64,000 nucleotides of DNA from an uncultured Alphaproteobacteria bacterium. GTDB taxonomy: Bacteria > Pseudomonadota > Alphaproteobacteria > RF32 > CAG-239. Positions 1 through 9,486 of this stretch are shown piece by piece. The first letter of the stretch is position 1. Each line of letters opens with the position of its first letter. The translations under genes were made by a program, and so were the position numbers. The notes beneath the pieces were generated by a model that searched no databases, was not told the DNA's origin, and was given only the letters and a program-made list of their open reading frames with translations. The stretch covers positions 293-64,292 of the forward strand of contig CALXTO010000005.1 of the NCBI GenBank assembly GCA_944391425.1, given 5' to 3'.

Positions 1-920
1 AAAAATATTTTTCTTTTAAGGGACGTGCTTCACGCTATGAACTGTCTGCTTTTTTGGTTGTTAACTTCATTATTTTGTTTTTATTGGAATTTGCCCAAAG
101 ACAAACAGGATTTGCGATGACGTTTATGGTCATCGGCGGAATTTATAAAATCGCCGTTCTTCTGCCGTTTTTAGGATTATTGGTACGTCGTATGCACGAT
201 ATCGGAAAAAACAATTGGTGGGCCGGTATTCTGATCTTTTTAATGTTTGTGCCCGTCATTTTAGGTGTGGTGTTGCAATATCCGGTCGGAGTACTGCTCT
301 CTTTTGTGGCTTATATTGTCAGCATTTTCTTCTTTTTCAGGAAGAGTCAGGCGGAAGCCAACGCCTATGGCGAACCGGATACGGCGGTTAGGGGCAGATT
401 TTCTAAGGTCGCAACCTTTATGGGATGGCTTATTTATATTTTGCCTTTACTGACCGGTCTCTTTATTGTGGCAATGTCTGTCAACAGGTATCAGCAGGAA
501 AGCGCCGTTTATCAGATGCAGGAAGATATTGCCAGGATTCAGGATTTTAGCCAAGATAAAAAAGACTATTCCCTGATAAATGCGTCATATTTGCTGGAAA
601 ATAAGCTTTTGCCTTCTCAGAAAGCTGAAAAGTGTACCGCTGAAGAGGAGAAAACTTGCCTGCAACATGAATTTGGCGGCGGTTTAATCATTTCCGGCAA
701 TCCTTATTCCAAGTATAAAAACATGATTTATATTTTAAATGATTTGTCTTCACAGGAATGTATGTTTCTGGCAACCCGGGAATGGGGGCCCAGATATCTT
801 GGCGCGCTGATCAGTTCTCAGGAACTGGGTGTTGAAGATTTTTCTCCGGAAAAGACATCAGCAACAATGGATTGCCGCTGTTCTGAGGATACTTGTTCAA
901 TCGGTCTCGTTTTCAACTAA
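1..920 (+). CDS. DUF805-family membrane domain fused to a pilin-like globular C-terminal domain (5' end runs off the window)
   Basis: The frame stays open back to base 3 (KYFSFKGRASRYELSAF...). This gives the DUF805 hallmarks GRAxR near the N-terminus and RRMHDIGKNNWW, plus several TM helices. The C-terminal ~150 aa align by eye to the pilins at 11359/12071 (DIARIQDFSQDKKDYSLINASYLLENKLLP vs NIRSLFASSLDYTGLDNTLAVTMGIIP; LSSQECMFLATREWG vs LSQEACISIATADWG). Confidence 0.7.
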   Translation, partial: KYFSFKGRASRYELSAFLVVNFIILFLLEFAQRQTGFAMTFMVIGGIYKIAVLLPFLGLLVRRMHDIGKNNWWAGILIFLMFVPVILGVVLQYPVGVLLSFVAYIVSIFFFFRKSQAEANAYGEPDTAVRGRFSKVATFMGWLIYILPLLTGLFIVAMSVNRYQQESAVYQMQEDIARIQDFSQDKKDYSLINASYLLENKLLPSQKAEKCTAEEEKTCLQHEFGGGLIISGNPYSKYKNMIYILNDLSSQECMFLATREWGPRYLGALISSQELGVEDFSPEKTSATMDCRCSEDTCSIGLVFN

Positions 921-922
921 GA

Positions 923-950
923 GAAAAGTCGCGTTAAGCGGCTTTTCTTA
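923..950. terminator. hairpin between convergent genes
   Basis: GAAAAGTCGC-gttaa-GCGGCTTTTC forms a 10-bp stem with one G-T pair, followed by a T-rich run. It lies between the stop of 1..920 (+) and the stop of 948..1262 (-). Confidence 0.45.
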
Positions 951-1262
951 TGAGATGCCCAGCAAAAACGCCCCGCTGACAATTAAAATAATGCCGGCAA
1001 AATTGTATCGGGTATATTTTTCGTGTAAAATCCTGACGCCAAAAATAAAACTCCAAATATATGTCAGGGAAGTAAGCGGAAAAACAACGGTGTATTCATA
1101 ATATTTTAAAGCGAAAATATTAAGCATCATTCCCGTTCCGTACCAGAGAAATCCCTCTGCAATTTTAAAAAAAGAAGAAGACAGGGCGGCTTTTTTGAAA
1201 CAAAGGCTGCCGTAAGCGCCCATCAGAGTCATGGCGGCAATTAAAATAAACAGGTTAATCAT
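948..1262 (-). CDS. small four-TM EamA/SMR-like transporter subunit (ArnE/ArnF-like)
   Basis: 104 aa, entirely hydrophobic helices with no soluble domain. An 8-nt overlap with the similar upstream ORF suggests a heterodimeric pair. Confidence 0.55.
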   Translation of the reverse strand: MINLFILIAAMTLMGAYGSLCFKKAALSSSFFKIAEGFLWYGTGMMLNIFALKYYEYTVVFPLTSLTYIWSFIFGVRILHEKYTRYNFAGIILIVSGAFLLGIS

Positions 1263-1584
1263 CGGTTTTCCCCAACAAAGAAACGCCGGAACAAATCAAA
1301 ATAACCGCGACGATTTTTAAAAATGTAATTTCTTCATTTAAGAAAAAGAATCCGAACAATAAAGCAAATACATACCCTGTCGATAAAACAGGGTTAAGAA
1401 CCAGAAGTTTGCCGAAGCGATAGGCATAAACCATCAAAATAGCGCCAATTCCATAACAAATGACGCCGGCTGCAAAATAAAAAGAAAATGCAAATCCTCC
1501 GGCCAGCTTAAAAAACAATTGTCCTGTTGCCGCTGCCAAAGCAGCCGCAGACATTATCAGAATTCCTTTATATGGAAAAGCCAT
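1255..1584 (-). CDS. small four-TM EamA/SMR-like transporter subunit (partner of 948..1262)
   Basis: 109 aa with four hydrophobic segments and a single-EamA-domain pattern (..LNPVLSTGYVFALLFGFFFLNEEIT..KIVAVILICSGVSLLG). Confidence 0.55.
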   Translation of the reverse strand: MAFPYKGILIMSAAALAAATGQLFFKLAGGFAFSFYFAAGVICYGIGAILMVYAYRFGKLLVLNPVLSTGYVFALLFGFFFLNEEITFLKIVAVILICSGVSLLGKTDD

Positions 1585-1770
1585 AAATCATTCCTAAAAT
1601 TAATCCGGTTGCCGCCGATATTGTGAATTTCGCAAAACAACTTTTTATGCCCCGCCCGCTTGGAGATTATTTATTGCTACAGAACCTTTTGCTTCAACAT
1701 CTCCATCAGTGACGGCTCGAACACTTGTGAGTGCCGTGAAACAACTTTTTATGCCTCACCCGCTTGGGTG

Positions 1771-1805
1771 TCTCTGAACGACATAATAAATGGCGTTCCC
1801 GAGAG
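1771..1805. repeat. 35-bp exact direct repeat, copy 1 (pseudo-3' end of tRNA-Arg plus flank)
   Basis: TCTCTGAACGACATAATAAATGGCGTTCCCGAGAG is identical to 1923..1957. The last 15 nt equal the 3' end of the tRNA at 1943..2019. Confidence 0.9.
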
Positions 1806-1922
1806 AATTGCTAAGTAAAAATGACATTTTATGTCATTTTTATCTGCAAAATCTTTGGAACATCTTGTTGAGCCAGAATGCGACAGCATTAGCAGCGAAA
1901 CTAGATGCCAAAGTGATAGTCC

Positions 1923-1942
1923 TCTCTGAACGACATAATAAA

Positions 1943-1957
<15 letters not shown>
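1923..1957. repeat. 35-bp exact direct repeat, copy 2 (overlaps the real tRNA-Arg 3' end)
   Basis: Same 35-mer as 1771..1805. It covers 20 nt of flank plus the 15 3'-terminal nt of the tRNA. Confidence 0.9.
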
Positions 1958-2019
<62 letters not shown>

Positions 2020-2126
2020 ATGCCAAAATTTTTATAGCCGTTATTTGCTCTCTTTGCAAGAGGAATTTGTATTTTGCTTTAAGAAGATATTAATTGTCGC
2101 CTGATACGATAAAAAAAGGAGGAAAA

Positions 2127-3380
2127 ATGACATCAGCAGATTTTATAATGATTCATCCGCTGAACATGGAAAAGCTGGATAAAAACAGCCGCTTGGTCGG
2201 GCATGCGACGGTTTATTCCCGGATGAAACTCTACAAATACAAAGCGCGGATCTATCGTTGTCCCAATGATACGGATGATTCTTCCGAACTCTATAAAGTT
2301 GTAATCAAACGCAGGCATGTTGTTGGATATTGTATGGTTTTCGTCGATGATGACAATTATTTGGAGGTTCCGCTTTTCGCCAGTTTGGACACGCATTACC
2401 GGGTAGGAAAAATCCTTTCGCAGATTGCTGCCGACCGGATGATGGATCTCGGGTGTCGGGGAATTCGCCTGACAGCCAGCTGGAACAGTCTGCTTCATCA
2501 TTACCGGATGGGGATGCGTCCGCATTCACAAAAAGCAATTAGCGGAGAAGTATATGACCAAATTATTGCTTCCGGACGGGAAAAAGACATTCGATCGCTA
2601 GGCTGTATTGTTATGTATCTTCCCAAAGAAACAATCGCAGCCAAACTTGAAGACGGAGAAGATGCCTTGGACAAGAATCTTCTGTCCAGCGAACGGGGAT
2701 TGGTCGGACATATTAAGGTCGAAAATTTACGTAAAAAAAATAAGGATACGTTTGGTATTTTTAAACATACGTATTCTTCAGGAATTGAGAATTACACGCT
2801 GATTCGCAAACACAAAAAATATGCATCCATCGTGCTGAACTATTTTCATAAGAGGGTTTGCGAGAACGGGCGCTGCGTTTACCACAATTGTTTGAAAGAT
2901 TATCCCTCCTGGTCAGTTTTTTGCGGTTATGGCAGCGACAGAAACAAACCCGATAAAACTTTTGCCGAATATTGGAGTATTCGTAAATCAAAACACTATT
3001 CTTATGATGCTCTGCTGGCAGCCCTTTTCAGAATAGCCTTGGAAGCCGGACGCGACAAAGGATGTCCGTTATTACAGATAGAAGCTGACTGGGATGAACA
3101 TTTGTCTGTCTTTCGCTACGGCTTTCGCACGCAAAGCTGCCCGACACCTAAGACTGCTGAAGAAATAATCCGTATTATTGAAAACGAAGGTGCTAAACAT
3201 AAACGCCAAAAAGGTGCCTTAAACTTCAACAAACTGGGTAGTGTGGTTATGAGTATGGAAAAAGAGGACGCCATTACAGAAGGACGCACCACCAACAGAG
3301 TCTTGAACCATAGAAGCCTATGGAGCCGATGCCTTGACGGTATTCGGTGCGCCGTAAAAGCTTTAATCGGGCAAGGTTAA
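2127..3380 (+). CDS. hypothetical protein made of two homologous GNAT-like halves
   Basis: The ATG at 2127 follows AAGGAGG. There is an internal duplication: RLVGHATVY/GLVGHIKVE; GKILSQIAADRMMDLGCRGIRLTASWNSLLHHYRMGMRP/ALLAALFRIALEAGRDKGCPLLQIEADWDEHLSVFRYGFRT; LGCIVMYLPKE/LGSVVMSMEKE. The ..L.a.W...l..Y...GF pattern resembles the GNAT core, but no clear acetyl-CoA motif is seen. Confidence 0.55.
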   Translation: MTSADFIMIHPLNMEKLDKNSRLVGHATVYSRMKLYKYKARIYRCPNDTDDSSELYKVVIKRRHVVGYCMVFVDDDNYLEVPLFASLDTHYRVGKILSQIAADRMMDLGCRGIRLTASWNSLLHHYRMGMRPHSQKAISGEVYDQIIASGREKDIRSLGCIVMYLPKETIAAKLEDGEDALDKNLLSSERGLVGHIKVENLRKKNKDTFGIFKHTYSSGIENYTLIRKHKKYASIVLNYFHKRVCENGRCVYHNCLKDYPSWSVFCGYGSDRNKPDKTFAEYWSIRKSKHYSYDALLAALFRIALEAGRDKGCPLLQIEADWDEHLSVFRYGFRTQSCPTPKTAEEIIRIIENEGAKHKRQKGALNFNKLGSVVMSMEKEDAITEGRTTNRVLNHRSLWSRCLDGIRCAVKALIGQG

Positions 3381-4492
3381 ATCTTTTCGACGACCAGTTT
3401 TTCCAAAAATCTGATTTGAATATCGGCAATTTGCTTAACGGATTCTGTTTCGACATATTCACCGGGAGCGTGCATCCCGTCACCACTGCCGGAGTGCATG
3501 ATGACGGTTGACCCTTTGACGGCAAATTCGCGGGAATCCGTTGCACCGCCGATATGCTCAAATTCAATCTTTTTCTGCAAAATTTCTTCGGCAAATTTTT
3601 TGTAATCCAAAATATATGGGTTGTTTTCATCCATGACAACGGGCGTGCTGGAAGAAACAACCGTGTAGGATGCGCCCGGCCCCATGCATCTGTCCAGATT
3701 AGCGCACAAATCTTCCAGGCTGCTGGTTTCAACCAGACGAAAATCGCACAGGGTTTCGCAGTAATTGGAAATAACGTTAGATACATCGCCGCCGCAAATT
3801 TTGGCAAAATGCAAGGTATCTACCCATTTATCAGCGGGAATATTGCCGTCTTTGGAATAATAGGGATAAAAAGTCCGAATTTTAGCCAGGGTTTGCAACA
3901 TTCTTTCATTAGCATCCGTTCCGTCCCATGGCGTTGAACCGTGAACAGCCTCTCCGGAAGTGATAATTTTGACAAAAACCGGATTTTTGCATTTGCTGAC
4001 AATTTTGAGAATATTGCCGCCGACATCGTTATCAAGCACGATTTTGGCGCTGATATGCGGATGCGCGGCCAGAAAAGCCTCGGTGCCTTTTGACCCCTTT
4101 TCTTCATCGGAAGACAAAATGACGCCGAATTTTAACGGAAGCTTTTTATCTAAAACATACTCCATGGAATTGAGAGCAACTGCGGCAAAAGACTTCATAT
4201 CCAAGGTTCCCCGTCCAAACATTTTGCCGTCTTTAAGCTGGGGCTCAAACATTTCTTCCGGAGCCGGGACAACATCAATATGTCCTAAAATCAAAACGTC
4301 AAATTCTTCTTCGGCGCTGTTGCGGATAAAGATTACCGGCGCCAGATTATCCTTCTGAAAAATATCCGTCTTGGCGTTATTCTGATGAAACAGACTTTTG
4401 ATGTATTGCATACACTTTTTGATTTCGGCATTGTTTCCGGTTTCGGTCCTGAAACGGATGAGGTTTTGGGCGACTTGCAGAATATCCATCAA
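3377..4492 (-). CDS. M20-family metallopeptidase (ArgE/DapE/CPG2-like)
   Basis: Motifs LILGHIDVVPA, GRGTLDMKS and SSDEEKGS are the metal ligands and catalytic Glu pair of the M20 family. 371 aa. Confidence 0.85.
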   Translation of the reverse strand: MMDILQVAQNLIRFRTETGNNAEIKKCMQYIKSLFHQNNAKTDIFQKDNLAPVIFIRNSAEEEFDVLILGHIDVVPAPEEMFEPQLKDGKMFGRGTLDMKSFAAVALNSMEYVLDKKLPLKFGVILSSDEEKGSKGTEAFLAAHPHISAKIVLDNDVGGNILKIVSKCKNPVFVKIITSGEAVHGSTPWDGTDANERMLQTLAKIRTFYPYYSKDGNIPADKWVDTLHFAKICGGDVSNVISNYCETLCDFRLVETSSLEDLCANLDRCMGPGASYTVVSSSTPVVMDENNPYILDYKKFAEEILQKKIEFEHIGGATDSREFAVKGSTVIMHSGSGDGMHAPGEYVETESVKQIADIQIRFLEKLVVEKI

Positions 4493-4586
4493 AAAATCCT
4501 TTCTTGCTTTTTATTTTTACGTTTTATTCACTTAATGTAGTCATAATAAAAGCAAATATCAAAAAAAAATTAAAAAGGTGCACAAG

Positions 4587-5093
4587 ATGAGAATGTTTTG
4601 GGGAATTTTTGCTTTTATGGCATTTTTTATCAATGCGGCGTTGGCTCAGGAACAGGCTGATGAAGGTGAAACAGGTCTGACGATTCCGAGATTTGTTTCT
4701 TTGCGCTCCAACCACATCAACGCCCGTTCCGGTCCGGGATCCCGTTATCCGATAGAGTGGGTATATATGCAAAAATCAGCACCGGTAGAGATCATCGCCG
4801 AATTTGAGCTTTGGCGCAAAATCAAAGATTGGCAGGGATCGGAAAGTTGGGTCCACAAATCCATGCTTTCCGGCAAACGTTTTGTGAAGGTTACGGCACC
4901 GGGAGAAAACAACCTTTATGCCAAGGACGATTATAAATCCAAAATCATTGCCCGGGTTGAAGACGAAGTTGTCGGAGAAATCAAAAAATGTCCGGTTAAT
5001 ACGGATTTTTGCCTGATTAGTTTTGAAGGAGCCGAAGGGTGGATGCCTCGCCAAAACCTTTACGGCATTTACCCGGACGAAATAATCGATTAA
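4587..5093 (+). CDS. secreted bacterial SH3-domain protein (DUF1058-like)
   Basis: Signal peptide MRMFWGIFAFMAFFINAALAQ, then two SH3-like units (RFVSLRSNHINARSGPGSRYPIEWVY..VEIIAEFELWRKIKDWQGSESWVHKSML). The ATG at 4587 has AAAGG 8 nt upstream; a GTG at 4578 is an alternative start. Confidence 0.7.
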   Translation: MRMFWGIFAFMAFFINAALAQEQADEGETGLTIPRFVSLRSNHINARSGPGSRYPIEWVYMQKSAPVEIIAEFELWRKIKDWQGSESWVHKSMLSGKRFVKVTAPGENNLYAKDDYKSKIIARVEDEVVGEIKKCPVNTDFCLISFEGAEGWMPRQNLYGIYPDEIID

Positions 5094-5112
5094 TGTTTGT
5101 AACCAGTAAATT

Positions 5113-5138
5113 AAAGCCCCCTCTGACGAGGGGGCTTT
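5113..5138. terminator. bidirectional intrinsic terminator
   Basis: AAAGCCCCCTC-tgac-GAGGGGGCTTT is a perfect 11-bp stem flanked by A/T runs, between convergent genes ending at 5093 (+) and 5146 (-). Confidence 0.8.
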
Positions 5139-5145
5139 AATTTAC

Positions 5146-6534
5146 TTATTTACCGGATTTAATCCGTTCAATCAGTTCTTTAACCGAAGGTATGCCGTTA
5201 CGATAAAGAGGATCTGTCGCAAAACGGTAAACCTGATGTCCGGCAAACAGCAAATTGTCTTTAATGCTGCCGCCGTGCCCGACATCATACAACGTTTTGT
5301 GAATGCAGTAAGACCGCGGATCCGGCAGGCGTCCGGTCGTGCCTTTGGCTCTTGACCAAGTGGAAAACTGGCACTGGGACAGACAGCCGACGCAGGCGGC
5401 GCGATCGGCCTTCATTTGCTTAACTTCGTCCGGTGTCATAAACACAATCGTATTGTCAGGCGTTTCCTGAATCTCGGTATATCCGGCGGACAACTGGCGC
5501 TCTGCTTTGGAAGCGTCAGAACCTTTGATATAGACGGTTTTATTGGCGCGAATTTCCAGCGGATGGTTGAATTCTTCCGTTTGCTCGGCTGAAAAAGCGA
5601 CTTCGCCGTCTTTGCGACGCATCAGGTTTTCCAGAAATGTATTTTTGATTGCCGATGAGAAAAAGCCGGTCGGGCTGAATTTCTGCAAAATAACATCGCC
5701 TTTTTTAACCTGCATCATCACTTTTTTCCAGGCGTCGCTGATAGGGCTTTCTTTGGTAATCATCGGCCGGGTACCGAACTGAAACGCGATTTTGCCGATG
5801 TCCGGATTATCAATATAGTCGTCCCAGTCTTCAAGAGACCATACGCCGCCGGCCAGAATAATCGGTTTTTCCTGCAGGCCGAGTTCGTTCATGGTGCGGC
5901 GCAGCTCAACCAGACGCATATAAGGCGTTTGCGGCTGATTGGGATCTTCGGCGTTGGAAAGGCCGTTGTGTCCGCCGGCCAGCCAGGGATCTTCGTAAAC
6001 AACGCCGCCCAGATATTCCACAAAGCGGTTATATGCCCTTTTCCATAAAACCTGAAAGGCGCGTGCCGAGGAAATGATCGGATAGTAATAAACGCCGAAT
6101 TTGGAGGCCAGTTCACCCAAATGATAAGGCAGTCCCGCACCGCAGGTAACGCCGTTAATCAAGCCTTTGGCTTTTTCGAGAACACCGGTCAGGATTCTTT
6201 CGGAATCAGCCAGTTCCCACAGCATATTGATGTGAATGCGTCCGTTTCCGTTGGAGATTTCATGTGCAACCTGCGCTTGGGCAATTCCGCCCTTAATGGC
6301 ATATTCGACCATTTCTTCATGACGCTCGGCACGATTTTTTTTGCTGAATTTTTCAATAATGACATTTCCAAGGGCATCATAACAGTCAGGGCTAACGCCG
6401 GAAAACGTTCCGACGCAGTTTTCGCGCGCCCAGGCGCCGGAACTGCGGCCGTCGCTTCCGTTAATGCCTTTTCCGCCCTCAATTAAAGGCAGAACTTCCT
6501 TTCCAGATATTAAAATCGGATTTAACTTTTTCAA
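5146..6534 (-). CDS. nitronate monooxygenase / 2-nitropropane dioxygenase-family FMN oxidoreductase
   Basis: Family patterns GVTCGAGLPY, YEDPWLAGGHNG (EG.EAGGH.G), PIILAGGV and FQFGTRPMITKES (GTRF..T.ES). 462 aa. Confidence 0.7.
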   Translation of the reverse strand: MKKLNPILISGKEVLPLIEGGKGINGSDGRSSGAWARENCVGTFSGVSPDCYDALGNVIIEKFSKKNRAERHEEMVEYAIKGGIAQAQVAHEISNGNGRIHINMLWELADSERILTGVLEKAKGLINGVTCGAGLPYHLGELASKFGVYYYPIISSARAFQVLWKRAYNRFVEYLGGVVYEDPWLAGGHNGLSNAEDPNQPQTPYMRLVELRRTMNELGLQEKPIILAGGVWSLEDWDDYIDNPDIGKIAFQFGTRPMITKESPISDAWKKVMMQVKKGDVILQKFSPTGFFSSAIKNTFLENLMRRKDGEVAFSAEQTEEFNHPLEIRANKTVYIKGSDASKAERQLSAGYTEIQETPDNTIVFMTPDEVKQMKADRAACVGCLSQCQFSTWSRAKGTTGRLPDPRSYCIHKTLYDVGHGGSIKDNLLFAGHQVYRFATDPLYRNGIPSVKELIERIKSGK

Positions 6535-6583
6535 AGCTGTTTCCTTATAGTAAAAGATTTAAGTCGTTCAAAATATAACAACT

Positions 6584-8041
6584 TTATTGCGCCAGTTCAA
6601 GTATATTTTTAGGAATATCATTAATGGAAACCAGCGCAATGATGATACAGATAAGCGCATACACCTGCAGCATGTCGGTCAGACTTTTGTTTTTGAGCAG
6701 CGGCAGCGTATTTTCGTATTTGTGTATAAGATAATGGATTCCCATTAAGACAAAGGTCGTAATAATGGCTTGCAGGCCGATTCCGAGTGAAGATATGCTT
6801 TCCGCGGCCGGTTTGAGGATTTTGTATAAAAAGGTGAAAAAAAGCATATAAACGGCCAGCGCGGCATAGGAAATCTGCAGCAGTTTCTCGTCTTGAGCCG
6901 CTTTTTCCTTTTTTTCTTTTTGTATTTTTTCGTTGGAGAGCTCCGTTACCTCAATACCGCGCAGTTTTTCGGGTTTTTCTTTTTGTTTTTTGATGTCGTG
7001 CATATCATGGTAAAACTTGTCTTCGGCAATGCACAGGCCGCAGCCTTTGGAAGTAAAGTAAACATGATCGGGATTTTGTTTACATTGTTTGAGGCTGTGC
7101 ATCAGTTTCCAAAGATGTTCCTGCCATTCGTAGGCGCTGGGGCGGTTTCCGCCTTTGACGAACGCGCGTTCAAACATTTCCAGCGTGTCTTTGCTGAAAT
7201 ATTCATGCAGAGAGTATGGATGCGGATATTGATATTTGTCCGGCCACAGGCCGTAGGCATAATGATAGCCTTCGATTCTGTTTTGAATTGTCAGCATTTC
7301 CTCGTCATTTTTACGCGGTACGCCCGAAAAAGGATGAATACCGTTATTGAGGAGTTTGAAAATAATGACGGCCAGAGCAAATTTATCTTGTTCCTCACCC
7401 ATTTCTTCGCAAGATTTGCTCATGCCCTCAGGATAGATATATTCTTCGCTGACGAACTCTGCCGGATAACGGTTGTTTTCGCCTTTAATGGAAAAACCGT
7501 CGCAGTCGACCATGGCTACCAGCATATTGGCTTTGTAAACAGATACGTTGGACGGTTTCAAATCGACGATGTAATGCCCGCATTTATGCAGGGAAGTTAC
7601 CATTGAAGCGACATTGTAGGCGGCAAAAATCCGATAGGCGTATTTTTCCGACAGGCCGAGCTTCTTGCGAATGGCTTTTTGCATCAAATGATCAAGGGAA
7701 ACCGCATCGTTCATGTTGATCAGCGGCATCAGATAGCCGACGCAGAAACCTTTTTCATCTTCCAAAATAGCTTCCGGCCAGGCAATTTGCGTATATTGGA
7801 TGCCGCCGCTTTCCACCGGGGAAAAATTAGGCTTGTTAAGCAGCATGGCTTCCAGTTTCTGGCGATTGGTTCTGCTTTTGGCCGTGTTGTGAAAAATCTT
7901 TGCCACCAGATCCGGGCGCCTTTCCACATCATAAATTTTGCCCGAAGCGCCGCCTTTGTTGATCAGCCTGCCCAAAACGACTTTTCCGAAAGACCCGTCG
8001 GCATAAACGGCGTTGTAAGAAATTTTTTCAGGCGTTTCCAT
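6584..8041 (-). CDS. Ser/Thr protein kinase-like protein with C-terminal TM segments (kinase of a vWA-PP2C-kinase triad)
   Basis: Gly-rich loop GGASGKIYDV, VAKIF lysine, catalytic loop VDLKPSNV and a DFG-like VDCDGF. A coiled Lys/Glu stretch is followed by about 3 TM helices at the C-terminus. Confidence 0.75.
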   Translation of the reverse strand: METPEKISYNAVYADGSFGKVVLGRLINKGGASGKIYDVERRPDLVAKIFHNTAKSRTNRQKLEAMLLNKPNFSPVESGGIQYTQIAWPEAILEDEKGFCVGYLMPLINMNDAVSLDHLMQKAIRKKLGLSEKYAYRIFAAYNVASMVTSLHKCGHYIVDLKPSNVSVYKANMLVAMVDCDGFSIKGENNRYPAEFVSEEYIYPEGMSKSCEEMGEEQDKFALAVIIFKLLNNGIHPFSGVPRKNDEEMLTIQNRIEGYHYAYGLWPDKYQYPHPYSLHEYFSKDTLEMFERAFVKGGNRPSAYEWQEHLWKLMHSLKQCKQNPDHVYFTSKGCGLCIAEDKFYHDMHDIKKQKEKPEKLRGIEVTELSNEKIQKEKKEKAAQDEKLLQISYAALAVYMLFFTFLYKILKPAAESISSLGIGLQAIITTFVLMGIHYLIHKYENTLPLLKNKSLTDMLQVYALICIIIALVSINDIPKNILELAQ

Positions 8042-8042
8042 T

Positions 8043-8792
8043 TCAGTTCACCTTTGCCCATACGAGAGTTTTGTCATCGGGGTTGATACGCTGCGCCTTC
8101 GGGGTGTTGAGCGTATTGGCCAGGGCGCGGATGGCTTTGGCTCTGGTTTTTTCTTCGCTCAAAAAGCGGTCGATAGGGGCAATAAAGCCTTTTTCGATTT
8201 CGCGGAAGTCATTGGCAAAAGAAAAGCTGGTCAGCCCGTCGCTCATCAAAAAAATGGTTTGTGCGCACTCAAAAGGCGTAAAACGCAGATTTTCCTGCCA
8301 GGCCTGCTGGGTATAAAAAAATGTTTCACAGGCGAAAGATCCGTTCTCCGGCCGAGAAGCGACAAAATCAGTATAATTGCCGTCGCGAATGGCAATGGCT
8401 GCACCGTCGCCGATATGGAAAAACAGCCCTTGTTTGCCGTGATGGACGATTCCGACGATTGTTGCCGCAAAATCGGCGATTCCCGCTTCGTTTTTCAAAC
8501 GGTTGAACCGATGGCGCATAAGTTTTTCGCGCGCGCTTTTAACGGCTTTGCAAACCAAATCTTTTGCCTGGGAGAAATCGCCGTTTTTCAGGATGTCGCA
8601 CAGAGTTTCGCAGGCGATTTTGGCGCCGATTTTTCCGTATTTGGCCGAGCCTGCGCCGTCGGAAACGACAGCCACGAAATTTTTGCCGCGGACATGCTTA
8701 AAACAGTCCTGACACGGCAGGTCTTTATGTTCGTGCAAAGCGCCGCGCACGCTTGCGGCAACTACTTTTATGTCGTTTTTTTTATTCCTCAT
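8043..8792 (-). CDS. PP2C-family protein phosphatase
   Basis: Motifs VVSDGAGS, HIGDGA and FLMSDGL. The ATG at 8792 overlaps the stop of the upstream vWA gene (GGATGAGGAATAA); the longer ORF reaching 8828 is less likely. Confidence 0.7.
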   Translation of the reverse strand: MRNKKNDIKVVAASVRGALHEHKDLPCQDCFKHVRGKNFVAVVSDGAGSAKYGKIGAKIACETLCDILKNGDFSQAKDLVCKAVKSAREKLMRHRFNRLKNEAGIADFAATIVGIVHHGKQGLFFHIGDGAAIAIRDGNYTDFVASRPENGSFACETFFYTQQAWQENLRFTPFECAQTIFLMSDGLTSFSFANDFREIEKGFIAPIDRFLSEEKTRAKAIRALANTLNTPKAQRINPDDKTLVWAKVN

Positions 8793-9471
8793 CCCATTCC
8801 CCGGTGTCTTCCAACAGGTCCGGTGCATTGGGCGCCGCCCGCGAAATACAGGAAACGCTGCGGCTGAGCCACAGGAAAAATTCGGTAAATTTTAAACCGG
8901 TCAAGCGTTTGGGCGAAATGGTCGAAAATTTTGCCAGCTTGTCCAAATTGGCGCCCTGCGTGCCCACCGCGTGAATGACGACTTTTTTGTTTTGCTGGGC
9001 TTCGCGGCACTTTTTGGCAATGATTTCCCAGTCATAATCCGTCGGTTCTCCGTCGCTGATTAAAAATATCCACGGGCGTTTGGAGGTAATGCCGCAACTG
9101 TCGTAAAGGCATTTTTGTTCTTCTATTTTCTGCAGGGCCAGCTCCATGGCTTTGCCCAGCGGGGTCAGTCCGCCGGCTTCCATCTCGGGGGCGTTGAAAT
9201 TCATGGCGTCGATCCAGTCGGAAGAGATGACGGCTTCGTCTTTGCCAAAGGCTTTGATAATCAAAAGCTGCACTCTGGAACTGGCGTCAATGTCTTCTTT
9301 CAGCTCTTTTTCAAGCGCTTTCAGCCCGGCGTTAAGCTGTTTGATAGGCTCTCCGCGCATAGAACCCGAACAATCCAAAACCAAAACGCAGGGCGTACGT
9401 TCATTGGCATTGTCGGCAAATTCCACATAGGGAATCATTTCGTTGTCAATATTGTTTTCCACCATGTTCAA
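8782..9471 (-). CDS. vWA-domain protein, TerY-like
   Basis: MIDAS motif VLVLDCSGSM, followed by the TerY-like pattern GEPIKQLNAGLKALEKELKED..A...V.LLIIKAFG. 229 aa. Confidence 0.8.
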   Translation of the reverse strand: MNMVENNIDNEMIPYVEFADNANERTPCVLVLDCSGSMRGEPIKQLNAGLKALEKELKEDIDASSRVQLLIIKAFGKDEAVISSDWIDAMNFNAPEMEAGGLTPLGKAMELALQKIEEQKCLYDSCGITSKRPWIFLISDGEPTDYDWEIIAKKCREAQQNKKVVIHAVGTQGANLDKLAKFSTISPKRLTGLKFTEFFLWLSRSVSCISRAAPNAPDLLEDTGEWDEE

Positions 9472-9486
9472 GCTCTCCGTCTGCGT

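Noticed and set aside
6893..8086. Plus-strand ORFs 6893..7606 (237 aa) and 7679..8086 (135 aa).
   Set aside because: They are antisense to the kinase gene, which has clear catalytic motifs. The translations are Phe/Arg-rich shadows.
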